From: Gammaproteobacteria bacterium
Lineage (GTDB): Bacteria > Pseudomonadota > Gammaproteobacteria > Steroidobacterales > Rariloculaceae
DNA: 64,000 nucleotides
Assembly (NCBI GenBank): GCA_022826245.1
Contig: JAJDVG010000037.1
Location: forward strand, 7,470 to 71,469
Direction: 5' to 3'
Shown: in pieces, positions 1 through 8,844 of the stretch
Layout: each line of letters begins with the position of its first letter
Numbering within the stretch: position 1 is the first letter of the stretch
Notes under the pieces: model-generated
What the model saw: only the letters and a program-made list of their open reading frames with translations
What the model was told of the DNA's origin: nothing
The model's database searches: none
Translations under genes and position numbers: made by a program

Positions 1-91
1 CTATCTCGAGTTCGATCCGGACGCGGACGCGGCGGCACTCGCGCGGCGCCGGGCGTGGCTCGGCGAATAGGGGCTCGCTAATATCGGGAAC

Positions 92-733
92 ATGCTCGAA
101 CTCGGACTCAAATTCACCGTGGCGTTCTGTCTGGGATCGATCCTGGGCAGCCTGCTTCTCGGGCATTTTCACAGCGGTGCGGACCTGCGCGATGTTGGCA
201 GCCGCAATCCCGGCGCGACGAACGCGTTGCGCACGCACGGCAAGGTGTTCGCGCTCGGCGTCATGATCGTCGATGTCGGCAAGGGCATCGCGGCCGTCCT
301 GATCATCCCCGGACTCGCGCTGCCGGGCATCGGAATCGATCCTGAAATCAACCGGGCATGGATCGTCTATTCGGTCGCGTTCGCCGCCATTCTCGGCCAC
401 GTGTTTCCGGTCTGGTACGACTTCCGCGGCGGCAAGGGCGGCGCAACCGCAGCCGGAATCATCTGCTGCCTCGCGCCGCTGATCGCGGGTCCCGTCATCG
501 GCTTGTGGGTGCTGCTCATCCTGCTGACCGGACTCGTCGGACTCGCGACGGTGCTTGCGACCATCGGCGCGGCCGCGCTGATCGGCGCGACGCGCTTGCC
601 CGCGGAGCCGGGCCTGTTCGTGTTCGCCTGCCTCGTCGCGGTACTCATCACCTACACGCACAGGAGCAATATCCGCCGCATGCTCGACGGCACCGAGGCG
701 ATCGTCGGCCGGCCGCTATTGCGCCGCAAGTAG
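92..733 (+). CDS. plsY: Glycerol-3-phosphate acyltransferase PlsY
   Basis: 213-aa polytopic membrane ORF with SRNPGATN and GKG motifs typical of PlsY. Confidence 0.9.
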   Translation: MLELGLKFTVAFCLGSILGSLLLGHFHSGADLRDVGSRNPGATNALRTHGKVFALGVMIVDVGKGIAAVLIIPGLALPGIGIDPEINRAWIVYSVAFAAILGHVFPVWYDFRGGKGGATAAGIICCLAPLIAGPVIGLWVLLILLTGLVGLATVLATIGAAALIGATRLPAEPGLFVFACLVAVLITYTHRSNIRRMLDGTEAIVGRPLLRRK

Positions 734-739
734 CCGCAC

Positions 740-1720
740 ATGGAAGCCCGTGCCCTGTTGCAGCGGCTCGCCGACGGACGCCCGCACTCCGGCGAGAACC
801 TCGCACGGCACTTCGGCGTTTCGCGCACCGCCGTCTGGAAGCAGATCGACAAGATCGAACAATGGGGGCTCGCCGTCGAGCGAGCGCCCGGTTCGGGATA
901 TCGGCTGAGCCAGGCTGTCGATCTGCTCGACCGGGCAGCCCTGAGCGAATACGCGAACACGCGCCCCGGCACGCGGCTCGAAGTGTTTACCGAACTTCAA
1001 TCGACCAACCGCCATCTGCTCGAGAGGCCGGCGCCCGCGCCGGGCGAACTCGCCGCCTGCATCGCCGAATACCAGAGCGCCGGACGCGGCCGGCGCGGCC
1101 GAAGCTGGCATGCGCCGTTCGGTATGGGACTCTGCCTCTCGGCGGCGTGGAGCTTTCGCGAGACGCCGCCCGAACTCGCGGCGCTGAGTCTCGCCGTCGG
1201 CGTGGCGGTGCGGCGCGTGCTCAGGCGCGAGGCGGGCATCGACATCGACCTGAAGTGGCCGAACGACCTCGTCCGGGACGACCGCAAACTCGGCGGGATT
1301 CTCGTCGAGTTCACGGCCGAGGCTCAGGGCCGCTGTCACGTGGTCGCCGGACTCGGCATCAACGTTGCGATGCCGCCGGAGCTCCTTCGGCACGTCAGCG
1401 ACTGGCCCGCGGGCGCTGTCGATCTCAGGCAGGCCACCAATGGCCGCGAGCCTAGGCGAACCGAGCTCGCAACCGCGCTCCTGGATGCCCTGAGAGCGCT
1501 CTTCGCCGACTACGAGCGGCACGGCTTCGAGCCGTATCGGGACGAATGGCGCAGCGCCGATTACCTCAATGGAAAGGCGGTTCGCGTCGACGAGGCGTCG
1601 GGGTCGGTGCACGGTACGGCCCGCGGGATCGATGCGGACGGCGCCCTGCTCATCGAGACCGGCGCAGACCGTTCAAGGCGTATCATTTCCGGCGACGTCA
1701 GCGTGCGGACGGCGAGATGA
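740..1720 (+). CDS. birA: Bifunctional biotin-[acetyl-CoA-carboxylase] ligase / biotin operon repressor BirA
   Basis: N-terminal HTH (LARHFGVSRTAVWKQI) plus biotin ligase motif GRGRRGRSW; stop overlaps the coaX start (ATGA at 1717-1720). Confidence 0.9.
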   Translation: MEARALLQRLADGRPHSGENLARHFGVSRTAVWKQIDKIEQWGLAVERAPGSGYRLSQAVDLLDRAALSEYANTRPGTRLEVFTELQSTNRHLLERPAPAPGELAACIAEYQSAGRGRRGRSWHAPFGMGLCLSAAWSFRETPPELAALSLAVGVAVRRVLRREAGIDIDLKWPNDLVRDDRKLGGILVEFTAEAQGRCHVVAGLGINVAMPPELLRHVSDWPAGAVDLRQATNGREPRRTELATALLDALRALFADYERHGFEPYRDEWRSADYLNGKAVRVDEASGSVHGTARGIDADGALLIETGADRSRRIISGDVSVRTAR

Positions 1721-2475
1721 CGTTCGTAATCGACATCGGCAACACGCGCATCAAGTGGGGCCGCGCGAAGTCCGGAGAGCTCGGCGCGACTGGCAGCGCG
1801 CTGCACATCGAATCGATGGACGGTGCGATGGACGCACTGTTTTCTTCATTGCCCGAGCGCGTCGACGAGGTGCTCGTGTCGAACGTCATGGGCGAAACCG
1901 CGGGTTCGCAGCTCAGCGCTCGGCTGCGTGAGCGGTGCGGCGTGCCACCGCGATTCGCAGCGACCGCGCCTGAACAGTTCGGCGTCCGCTGCGGTTACGC
2001 CGAACCGGCGCAGCTCGGCGTCGATCGCTGGGTGGCGATCATCGCGGCCAGGCGGGCCGCCGCCGGTGCGGTATGCGTCATCGACGCGGGCACGGCCGTG
2101 ACTTTCGACGCAATCGACGCCGCCGGCAATCACCTCGGCGGACTCATACTCGCCGGACCGCGAATCATCGCCAATGCGCTCGACCGAGGCACACAGCGGA
2201 TCGGCTCGACAGCGCCGGCGCGCTCGCGCCCACAAGGGCTCGACCTGCTCGGTACTGAGACCGACGACGCCGTGGGCCGCGGCGCGATGCTCGGTCTGGC
2301 GGCGGCGCTCGACGCAGCCGTTGCGTCCGTCGCGTCGGGACTCGGCGAGGCGCCGAAGGTCGTGTTAACGGGCGGGGATGCCGAACTTGTACGGGCGTGG
2401 CTCGAAACGGAAGTGGAACTCAGACCCAACCTCGTTCTCGAAGGCCTCGCATTCATGGCGAGCCACGGAGCCTAG
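1717..2475 (+). CDS. coaX: Type III pantothenate kinase CoaX
   Basis: Starts MTFVIDIGNTRIKWG (typical CoaX N-terminus). The ATG at 1717 overlaps the birA stop. The upstream part of track ORF 1546..2475 overlaps birA and is not used. Confidence 0.9.
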   Translation: MTFVIDIGNTRIKWGRAKSGELGATGSALHIESMDGAMDALFSSLPERVDEVLVSNVMGETAGSQLSARLRERCGVPPRFAATAPEQFGVRCGYAEPAQLGVDRWVAIIAARRAAAGAVCVIDAGTAVTFDAIDAAGNHLGGLILAGPRIIANALDRGTQRIGSTAPARSRPQGLDLLGTETDDAVGRGAMLGLAAALDAAVASVASGLGEAPKVVLTGGDAELVRAWLETEVELRPNLVLEGLAFMASHGA

Positions 2476-2481
2476 GGCGCC

Positions 2482-2904
2482 ATGCGCAATCTGTTTCTCG
2501 TGCTCGTGCTCGCGAATCTCGGCTTCGCCGCGTGGCACTTCTGGTTCGCCGACACCTCCGAACCGATCCGAGCTGCCGAACCCGACACTCCGACGATCAC
2601 GCTGCTCGAAGAACTTGAGGATTCCGGTGCGACCCCCGCGAGCGTGCAACGCTGCATCAGCGTTGGCCCGTTCGCCGAACTTGCGCTCGCAGACGCCGCC
2701 GCGGCGATCCTGCGCGCGGTCGGCCTCGACCCGGCGATTAAGGAGCCGGCGGACATCGACGAAGCCTACTGGATTGACGTCACCGTCGATGGTCCGGAGA
2801 CACCCGAGACACCCCAGTTGCGGGTCTCGGACGCCGATGCGTCAGAGTCGCCGACGACCGAATCGCTCCTCACGCAACGCCCTTGCGAAAGCGCTGCCGA
2901 TTAG
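2482..2904 (+). CDS. Membrane-anchored SPOR-like domain protein (hypothetical)
   Basis: N-terminal TM helix (LFLVLVLANLGFAAWHFW) followed by a SPOR-like segment (CISVGPFAELALADAAAAILRAVGL); lies after coaX as in other gammaproteobacteria. Confidence 0.5.
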   Translation: MRNLFLVLVLANLGFAAWHFWFADTSEPIRAAEPDTPTITLLEELEDSGATPASVQRCISVGPFAELALADAAAAILRAVGLDPAIKEPADIDEAYWIDVTVDGPETPETPQLRVSDADASESPTTESLLTQRPCESAAD

Positions 2905-2927
2905 GCGTCATCGCCTTACCCTGCCGA

Positions 2928-2950
2928 CTGCGGCGCGCCGATCGCCGCAG
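2928..2950 (+). terminator. GC-rich hairpin downstream of the coaX/SPOR operon (possible terminator, no U-tract)
   Basis: CTGCGGCG-cgccgat-CGCCGCAG, perfect 8-bp stem, 24 nt after the stop at 2904. Confidence 0.3.
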
Positions 2951-3337
2951 AAGCCCGACAGCCCGCTTTCGGAGTGCGCAGATTTCAGATGCCAAAAACG
3001 TGAAGTTCTCGGTTGCCATTGACAGACCGGCTCCGCGATGCCTTCGCCGCGGCGAAAAAGGCGAGGCGCCCGCATTGCGCAGGCGCCTCAAGGGATCGGC
3101 AAGTCATGCGTGCCGGGGGAAAGCACCTGCCACGAATTGCCGCGTCGAGAACCGGTCTGCAACCGGCTGCACACCACTCCGTTCATCAGGGGGATGACGG
3201 TCAGCGCCGCAGGGAATCCGACCTCCCCGATCCTGTCGAAAACCAGTGCGTTCGCGCCCGTCCATGGCTCGCATTGTCGCGCCCCAATCTGGCACGACGG
3301 TGGCGCAATTGCGGCAAATGATGGCAGAGCGCCCGGC

Positions 3338-3343
3338 TATAAT
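3338..3343 (+). promoter_or_regulatory. Perfect TATAAT -10 hexamer upstream of tRNA-Thr
   Basis: TATAAT lies 10 nt before the mature tRNA 5' end at 3354; no convincing -35 was found. Confidence 0.35.
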
Positions 3344-3353
3344 GGCCGCCAGT

Positions 3354-3426
3354 GCCGGTATAGCTCAGTTGGTAGAGCAGGGGTTTTGTAAACCTCAGGT
3401 CCGCGGTTCGAGTCCGTGTGCCGGCA
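3354..3426 (+). tRNA. tRNA-Thr (anticodon UGU)
   Basis: 73-nt cloverleaf: acceptor GCCGGTA/TGCCGGC, D-arm GCTC-AGTTGGTA-GAGC, anticodon loop TTTGTAA, T-arm CGCGG-TTCGAGT-CCGTG; CCA not encoded. Confidence 0.9.
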
Positions 3427-3474
3427 CCGTATCGTGCTCCGACACGTTCCGAGTCGGATACCCCCTTGGATGTC

Positions 3475-3600
3475 AGGCGAGCGACCCGCGTCGGGGTCGA
3501 CTTTGACGAACGTGTCTGGCAAATCCCGGGCGAGCGCAAAAAAGCCGGTACCGAGCATCGCGTACCACTTGGCGATGCGGCGACCGCGGTGCTGGACGAG
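3475..3600 (+). pseudogene. Fragment of a P4-type tyrosine integrase (internal about 42 codons only)
   Basis: Translation RRATRVGVDFDERVWQIPGERKKAGTEHRVPLGDAATAVLDE matches the conserved ARWSEIDL..WTIPAERMKxxxxHRVPLS..A..L region of tRNA-associated integrases. No N- or C-terminal parts remain. It lies immediately 3' of tRNA-Thr. Confidence 0.55.
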
Positions 3601-3620
3601 CCCCGCGCCGTAAATGTCCG

Positions 3621-5327
3621 CTACTGCGGACGCTGAGTCTCGCGCAAGGCCCGAAACTCGCTGGTTTCGCTCCAGGCGGGCCAGTCGTCACCGTCGGCCA
3701 GCGTCCTGCCCATCAGGTAGACAAACGCCAGGTCCTCCACCGCGCCGGTCATATCCCAGTCCGGCTTCACCTCGTCGCTGACCTTGTGGTAGTCGTTGGT
3801 GGTGTACTCGTTGCGCTTCTGCAGCCCGTATCCCTCCGGCTTGTCGATGTACTCCACGCCCGGGTCCGCATAGAACGCCGGAATGCCGGCCCTGGCGAAG
3901 GCGAAATGGTCAGAACGGTAGTAGAAGCCCTTTTCCGGTTCCGGATCGGGCGCGAGCGTGCGGCCAAGCTCCCGGGCTACCTCGGCGCCGATGTCGTCGA
4001 GTTCCGACTGACCGAGGCCGACGATGGTCAGGTCGCGAGTCCGTCCCCACTGGTTGAGCACGTCCATATTGAGCGCGGCTACGGTCTGGGCGGCCGGATA
4101 CAGCGGGTTGCGGGCGTAGTGAAGTGATCCGAGCAGCCCCTGCTCTTCCGCCGTGACGGCCAGGAACAGCACGGATCGGCGGGGTGGCTCAGGTGACAGG
4201 CTGTAGGCGCGCGCCAGTTCGATGAGTCCCGCGGTTCCGGTGGCGTTGTCGGCCGCGCCGTTGAAGATCTGGTCGCCCTCGAGACTTTCGTCGCGGCCGA
4301 GATGGTCCCAGTGGGCGACATGGATGACGACTTCGTCCGGCGCCTCGCTGCCTTCGACCTTGGCGACGACATTGCGCGAGTCGATACGGCGTATCTCGTT
4401 GCGGATTTCGATCGATCCCGTCAGGCCCAACGGGATCGGCTCGAAACCCCGGACCGCCGCCTGCTGTTTGGCGGCCTCGAAATCGAGCCCGGCCATCCCG
4501 AAGATCGTCTCGGCCGTGGCCCGCCGCACCCAACCCTCGAAGGCGGCCCGGCCCAGGTTGTCGTCCTGCGCAGCCAGGTCGAATGACTCGCCGAACGGCG
4601 TCGCGCCGATCACCTCCCACGGATAACCGGCCGGTCCGGTTTCGTGAATGACCAGCGCACCCGCGGCGCCCAGTTCCGCGGCGATCTCATGCTTGTACAC
4701 CCAGCGGCCGTAGTAGGTCATGGCCGGCCCGCCGAAGATGTCGTCGATCGGCGGATCGTTGACCAGGAACAAGAGAATCTTGCCGCTGAGATCCGCGTCG
4801 CCGAAATCATCCCAGTCGTATTCGGGCGCGCGGGCGCCGTATCCCACGAAAACGAACTCGGCGCCGTCGACGGTCACGGAATCGACCACGTGCTTGCTTA
4901 CAGCGACATAGTCCGCGGCGGGTTCCAGAGCGAGCGTCTCGGCGCCGTTGGAGACCACGAGATTCTGGGGTGGACGCGCGGTGATCCCCACCAGCGGCAC
5001 ATCCTGCACCCAGGTACCGTCCGGGTTGCCGGGTACCGCTCCAAGCGCGCTGAACCGCTCGATGAGGTAGCTCACGGTCAGTTCCTCACCCGCCGTCCCG
5101 GGCGCGCGGCCTTCGAATTCGTCCGATGACAGTATCAGAGTCTCGGCAAGCAGCGTCTCGGCGCCGATCCCTACCGCGGATACCGTCGCAGCCTCAGCCG
5201 CCGCCCCCGTGCTTGCGTTCGCCTCACCCGCATCGTCCGTCACGGATCCCGCCGTGTCATCCGGCGGGCTACCTCCGCCACACGCCACCACCAGCGTTAC
5301 ACCACCCGCCCATAACCATCGATACAT
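3621..5327 (-). CDS. M28-family metallo-aminopeptidase with PA domain, lipoprotein signal
   Basis: Motifs HWDHLG, NGAADNATGTAGLIELAR, AVTAEEQGLLGS and SDHFAFARAGIP. Start chosen at MYRWLWAGGVTLVVAC (lipobox), with GAGGA 6 nt upstream. Confidence 0.85.
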   Translation of the reverse strand: MYRWLWAGGVTLVVACGGGSPPDDTAGSVTDDAGEANASTGAAAEAATVSAVGIGAETLLAETLILSSDEFEGRAPGTAGEELTVSYLIERFSALGAVPGNPDGTWVQDVPLVGITARPPQNLVVSNGAETLALEPAADYVAVSKHVVDSVTVDGAEFVFVGYGARAPEYDWDDFGDADLSGKILLFLVNDPPIDDIFGGPAMTYYGRWVYKHEIAAELGAAGALVIHETGPAGYPWEVIGATPFGESFDLAAQDDNLGRAAFEGWVRRATAETIFGMAGLDFEAAKQQAAVRGFEPIPLGLTGSIEIRNEIRRIDSRNVVAKVEGSEAPDEVVIHVAHWDHLGRDESLEGDQIFNGAADNATGTAGLIELARAYSLSPEPPRRSVLFLAVTAEEQGLLGSLHYARNPLYPAAQTVAALNMDVLNQWGRTRDLTIVGLGQSELDDIGAEVARELGRTLAPDPEPEKGFYYRSDHFAFARAGIPAFYADPGVEYIDKPEGYGLQKRNEYTTNDYHKVSDEVKPDWDMTGAVEDLAFVYLMGRTLADGDDWPAWSETSEFRALRETQRPQ

Positions 5328-5540
5328 GATCACGTCCTCACTGACGCCTGGCGCACATCCGACCGGCGCAAAATCGACCTTGGTCAAACCGGCGACAGAG
5401 TAGCATTGCCTGGTTCGGCGACGCGACGCGCAGCGCCCCGGCCTGTGGCACGGCGCTGAGCGTTTGCTTGTCCATGGAAGTCCAACCCATCGAAGGCATG
5501 TTCAAGAATCACACACAGTCTGGTCATGTACAGGCCAATT

Positions 5541-5570
5541 GAAGTATGCTTTGCATCACTTCATATATGA
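5541..5570 (+). promoter_or_regulatory. Palindromes upstream of vapB-1 (candidate antitoxin operator / -10 region)
   Basis: GAAGTATGC-ttt-GCATCACTTC imperfect inverted repeat followed by the perfect palindrome TCATATATGA, in an AT-rich stretch just 5' of the likely start at 5579. Confidence 0.3.
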
Positions 5571-5578
5571 TGACCACG

Positions 5579-5818
5579 ATGCCTCGAACCACAATCTCGA
5601 TGCCGCAAGACTTGGCTGACATGGCACAACGCGAGGCGCATCGCCGTGGCGTGAGTCTGTCGGCGGTGGTTCGCCAGGCGCTGGAGCAACATCTCTATCG
5701 ACACCGGGGGCGCAAGCTGCCGTGGCAGGGTCTGGTGGATCGCGACGGCCCTGCTGCGCGGGACCTCGATGCCGAACTGAATCGCGACTGGCCGACCGAC
5801 ATTGCTCGCGATCGCTGA
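5579..5818 (+). CDS. vapB: Ribbon-helix-helix (CopG/VapB-type) antitoxin
   Basis: MPRTTISMPQDLADMAQREAHRRGVSLSAVVRQALEQHL is a typical RHH N-terminus; the 3' end overlaps the PIN gene by 17 nt. The start could be as early as 5546. Confidence 0.75.
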   Translation: MPRTTISMPQDLADMAQREAHRRGVSLSAVVRQALEQHLYRHRGRKLPWQGLVDRDGPAARDLDAELNRDWPTDIARDR

Positions 5819-6209
5819 CAGCGGCCCGTTGGTAGCGTCGGTCAACGTTGCAGACCCCGATCATGCAGCGTGCGTCAAGGCCTTGTCAGGTGGCGGAATC
5901 GACATCGTCATACCGGCATTGTGCGTGGCCGAAGTCGCCTGGTTTCTTGGCAAACGCCACGGCGCGGACATCGAAGCCGTTTTTCTGGAAGGGTTGACGG
6001 ATTTCCCGGTGATTGCGCCTGACCCGGATGACTGGATGCGCATTGCAGGCCTCGTTCGCCGGTACGCGGACTTGCCGCTGGGCACCGTGGACGCGTCCGT
6101 GGCCGTGTTGGCGATGAGGCTCGGCACCGACCATATCATCACGCTCGACCGCCGGCACTTCACCGTCCTTCGCAATGCACAGGGCAAGCAATTCCAGCTT
6201 TCCCCCTGA
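5802..6209 (+). CDS. vapC: PIN-domain ribonuclease toxin VapC
   Basis: 135 aa with the conserved acidic residues in the expected places (LAIADSG, CVAEVAWF, TVDASV, TLDRRHF). Confidence 0.85.
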   Translation: MLAIADSGPLVASVNVADPDHAACVKALSGGGIDIVIPALCVAEVAWFLGKRHGADIEAVFLEGLTDFPVIAPDPDDWMRIAGLVRRYADLPLGTVDASVAVLAMRLGTDHIITLDRRHFTVLRNAQGKQFQLSP

Positions 6210-6397
6210 CAGCCTCCAGGACTGTGCCCGGGCATGTGTTTCGTCCGCTAACACCGGAAACTGTATCGAGTGGCGGCAAGACCCGCACAAGGAGAGGGAC
6301 GGCAGCACCAGGACGACCTGGCCGAGCACAAATTGGTGTCGTGCAGATAATGCTCTATGCTAGCTTTAGAGATCAGGACGACACTACGGAGTCATCG

Positions 6398-6859
6398 ATG
6401 CACCGCTCGAAATCCTTCTTCAAGACGGTAGCCCTCCTCGGCCTCGCAGTACCGGGCATCGTCATGGCGCACCATACCTGGGTCGTTGAATATGACCGCG
6501 AAGATGTCATCATCCTCGAAGGGACGGTCACCGAGGTCCAGTTGACGGCCCCGCACAGCCGGATTTTCTTCGCGGTGGAAGGGGTTGACGGAACCGCCAT
6601 CTGGGCGGGCGAATCCTGGCCGCTTGGGGCACTGTATCGGCGCGGTTTGACGAACAGCAGCCTGTCGGTGGGCGATGTGGTCCGGGTTACCGGCGAACGC
6701 GCCCGGGGCGGCCGCCTGGGCTTGCACCTCAGAAGCATCTACCGGCCCGCCGATGAATGGAGGGTCTGGATAGGACTTCGCCAGGACACGGGCGAAAATT
6801 CGTCCGCCGGGATCGGCGAAGGGGTGAATCAGGTTCAGCTTGAAGACGAGTCGGTCTAG
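6398..6859 (+). CDS. Secreted small protein, DUF6152-like (module copy 1)
   Basis: Signal peptide ends VMA|HH. Shares HHxxxxxYD...GTVTxV...PH...GDxVxVxG with ORFs 11760..12179 and the N-terminal part of 43198..44211. ATG at 6398 has ACGGAG upstream. Confidence 0.7.
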   Translation: MHRSKSFFKTVALLGLAVPGIVMAHHTWVVEYDREDVIILEGTVTEVQLTAPHSRIFFAVEGVDGTAIWAGESWPLGALYRRGLTNSSLSVGDVVRVTGERARGGRLGLHLRSIYRPADEWRVWIGLRQDTGENSSAGIGEGVNQVQLEDESV

Positions 6860-7572
6860 TGTTTGGTCAAATGGAATTCAGTCGCGTCGGCGGGTCCCGG
6901 AGGCTGATTCGGATGTGTGGAAAATCGCTCGGCCTCGCGCTTGGCCTGCTTGTGCTTCTGCCCGCGTGGGGCCATGAACCGCGACCCGCCCGAGACCAGA
7001 TGACGGATGTCTGGGTCCGGGCCGTCGGCGGCGTCGATCTCCCCGACATTTCAAATGTCACGCCTGCAGGCCAGGCTGTCATGGACGCTTACGATCATCT
7101 CACGGACGACATTCAGCGTTGCCTCATGGACTGGGGTCGTGTGAACACCGTCGCCCGGTTTCCCATGGAACTCATCGTCGCGGAGAACCAGGTCACCATC
7201 CTCTACGAATACAACCATACGGTGCGCCGTGTTTACCTCGATCAGACCGAATTTCCCGACGATTACCCTCCAAGCCTGGTCGGGTACTCCATCGGTCGTT
7301 GGGACGGCGACACGCTGGTGGTGGAAACGCGCAATCTGCTGCCGGGCTGGATCAACATGGAGGGCGTTGCGCCCTATTCGGGCGCAGCGGTGGCGACGGA
7401 ACGGTTCACGCTGGATCCTGAACAGCAAGTGCTGACGGTCGAACGCACGGTGACAGACCCGGATTACTACTCGGGCCCGGTCACATGGACAACCGTGTAC
7501 ACGCCGTCCGAGTTTCCGATCTATCCGTACGATTGCACTGTCGGTTCCTACGGGTCCAATCCTGAAGGCTGA
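6859..7572 (+). CDS. Secreted partner protein of unknown function (module copy 1)
   Basis: Signal-like LGLALGLLVLLPAWG. Motifs RCLMDWG, GYSIGRWDGDTLVVETR, ERFTL, VTDPDYYSGP and DCT are shared with 12237..13112 and the C-terminal part of 43198..44211. The GTG at 6859 overlaps the upstream stop; ATG 6913 is an alternative start. Confidence 0.7.
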   Translation: MFGQMEFSRVGGSRRLIRMCGKSLGLALGLLVLLPAWGHEPRPARDQMTDVWVRAVGGVDLPDISNVTPAGQAVMDAYDHLTDDIQRCLMDWGRVNTVARFPMELIVAENQVTILYEYNHTVRRVYLDQTEFPDDYPPSLVGYSIGRWDGDTLVVETRNLLPGWINMEGVAPYSGAAVATERFTLDPEQQVLTVERTVTDPDYYSGPVTWTTVYTPSEFPIYPYDCTVGSYGSNPEG

Positions 7573-7573
7573 G

Positions 7574-8770
7574 GTGCCCACGAACCGTTCCGGCGCCAGG
7601 ATTGCCGGCCTCGCCACGGCCGTGTTCGCAGCTTGCGTCATGCTGTCCGTTGCTCGGGCAGCGGAGTACTCGTGGGAGGTGGCCGGCAGCCATGTCGACG
7701 GCGATTCCGGCAGCGCCGTGCAAACCAACCATTCGGCGCTGCACGCGACCTGGTACCCGTCCGCGGTCGATGACGCGGTCGGTCCTTTTGAACTCGCGCC
7801 GTTTCTTAACCGCAGCAGCTATGTGACGGTCGTGGCGGGGCGCACGAAACTGCGCGAACCTTTGCTCTGGTCCTCGTTTGCAAGCGATCCCTTTTCCCGG
7901 CCGGCGGATCTGGTCGGCATGGGCATACCCGCCGAGGACGTGTTTCCGGTCTTCGGTGCGCCGTTTCCCGCGGAATCCGGTGTCGATTCATCGGAGTACG
8001 CCGTGGCCGGGCGCTACGTATGGCCGGACACCGGCTGGTACGCCGGCGCCCAGGTCCAGCAGAGCGGCGGCGATCTGCTGCCGGGTTTCTGGCTCGCACG
8101 ATCCACACTCGACCAGGACAGCAGCGAAGTGTTCGCCGGCAGGTATTTCGGTTCGCGAACCACGCTGGAACTGGCTCTCGGCTCGGGAGACGTGGACCAG
8201 GAATCGCGGACGACGCTGTCGTTGGGCATCGATCCCTTACCCGATTTCTCGCCCTTTCCCCCCGCAGTCGAACCCCTGGACTTCCGCATCGGAACGCGCG
8301 TCGAGTCGGAGAGCGCGCGGCTGTCGGTTCGCCACGCAGGCGATTTCGGCGACTCGGCCTTTGCGGTGTCGGCAAGCGTACGTCACAGCCGGTCGGAAAC
8401 ACGACTGTTCGGACTCTCGCCATTCGAGGATTTTCCTCCGGCAATCTCCATGGACCCGCCGGACCGGTTCTTCGTCGGCTCCGGCGCGCCATTGACGGCG
8501 ATCGGGTTTTCACAGACCGAACGTGAGCGTGAATTGCGTCTGTCGGGTACGTTGTTCCCGACCGACGCCCTGGGGGTACGCTTGGCGTTCTCAAGCTCGG
8601 ACCACGATACGTACGGAACCGGCGACACGGTCGACTTGTCGGCAACATGGTTTTTCGTTCGAAACGCGGCCCTGGAAATCGGGCTGAGCCGCACGGATTC
8701 CAGCCGCCCGTACGGTTCCGATTCGCGCGACATGGATTCGATCGCCGTGCGCCTGCTCGGCCGGTTCTGA
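7574..8770 (+). CDS. Outer-membrane porin-like beta-barrel (putative general porin family)
   Basis: Signal peptide, alternating beta-strand pattern, C-terminal ...AVRLLGRF ending in Phe. The GTG start lies 1 nt after the upstream stop. Confidence 0.6.
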   Translation: MPTNRSGARIAGLATAVFAACVMLSVARAAEYSWEVAGSHVDGDSGSAVQTNHSALHATWYPSAVDDAVGPFELAPFLNRSSYVTVVAGRTKLREPLLWSSFASDPFSRPADLVGMGIPAEDVFPVFGAPFPAESGVDSSEYAVAGRYVWPDTGWYAGAQVQQSGGDLLPGFWLARSTLDQDSSEVFAGRYFGSRTTLELALGSGDVDQESRTTLSLGIDPLPDFSPFPPAVEPLDFRIGTRVESESARLSVRHAGDFGDSAFAVSASVRHSRSETRLFGLSPFEDFPPAISMDPPDRFFVGSGAPLTAIGFSQTERERELRLSGTLFPTDALGVRLAFSSSDHDTYGTGDTVDLSATWFFVRNAALEIGLSRTDSSRPYGSDSRDMDSIAVRLLGRF

Positions 8771-8795
8771 GGCAGGCTCTCGTCGGGTCTTCCCC

Positions 8796-8816
8796 CTGAC
8801 CGGACAGTTCGGTCAG
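8796..8816 (+). terminator. Hairpin after the porin gene
   Basis: CTGACCG-gacagtt-CGGTCAG, located between convergent genes. Confidence 0.35.
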
Positions 8817-8819
8817 CGA

Positions 8820-8838
8820 GAACACCGCCCCGGTGTTC
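8820..8838 (-). terminator. Hairpin after the aldolase-like gene
   Basis: GAACACCG-ccc-CGGTGTTC perfect 8-bp stem, located between convergent genes. Confidence 0.35.
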
Positions 8839-8844
8839 GTCGCT

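Noticed and set aside
1-70. 3' end of a plus-strand CDS (...YLEFDPDADAAALARRRAWLGE*), and a possible minus-strand gene end at 63976..64000
   Set aside because: The fragments at the window edges are too short to identify.
3040-3089. Two adjacent GC hairpins (GCCTTCGCCGCGGCGAAAAAGGC and GAGGCGCC-N11-GGCGCCTC) in the 450-nt gap before tRNA-Thr, as a possible ncRNA
   Set aside because: There is no similarity to known small RNAs that I can recognise and no promoter or terminator context. GC-rich palindromes are frequent in this genome.
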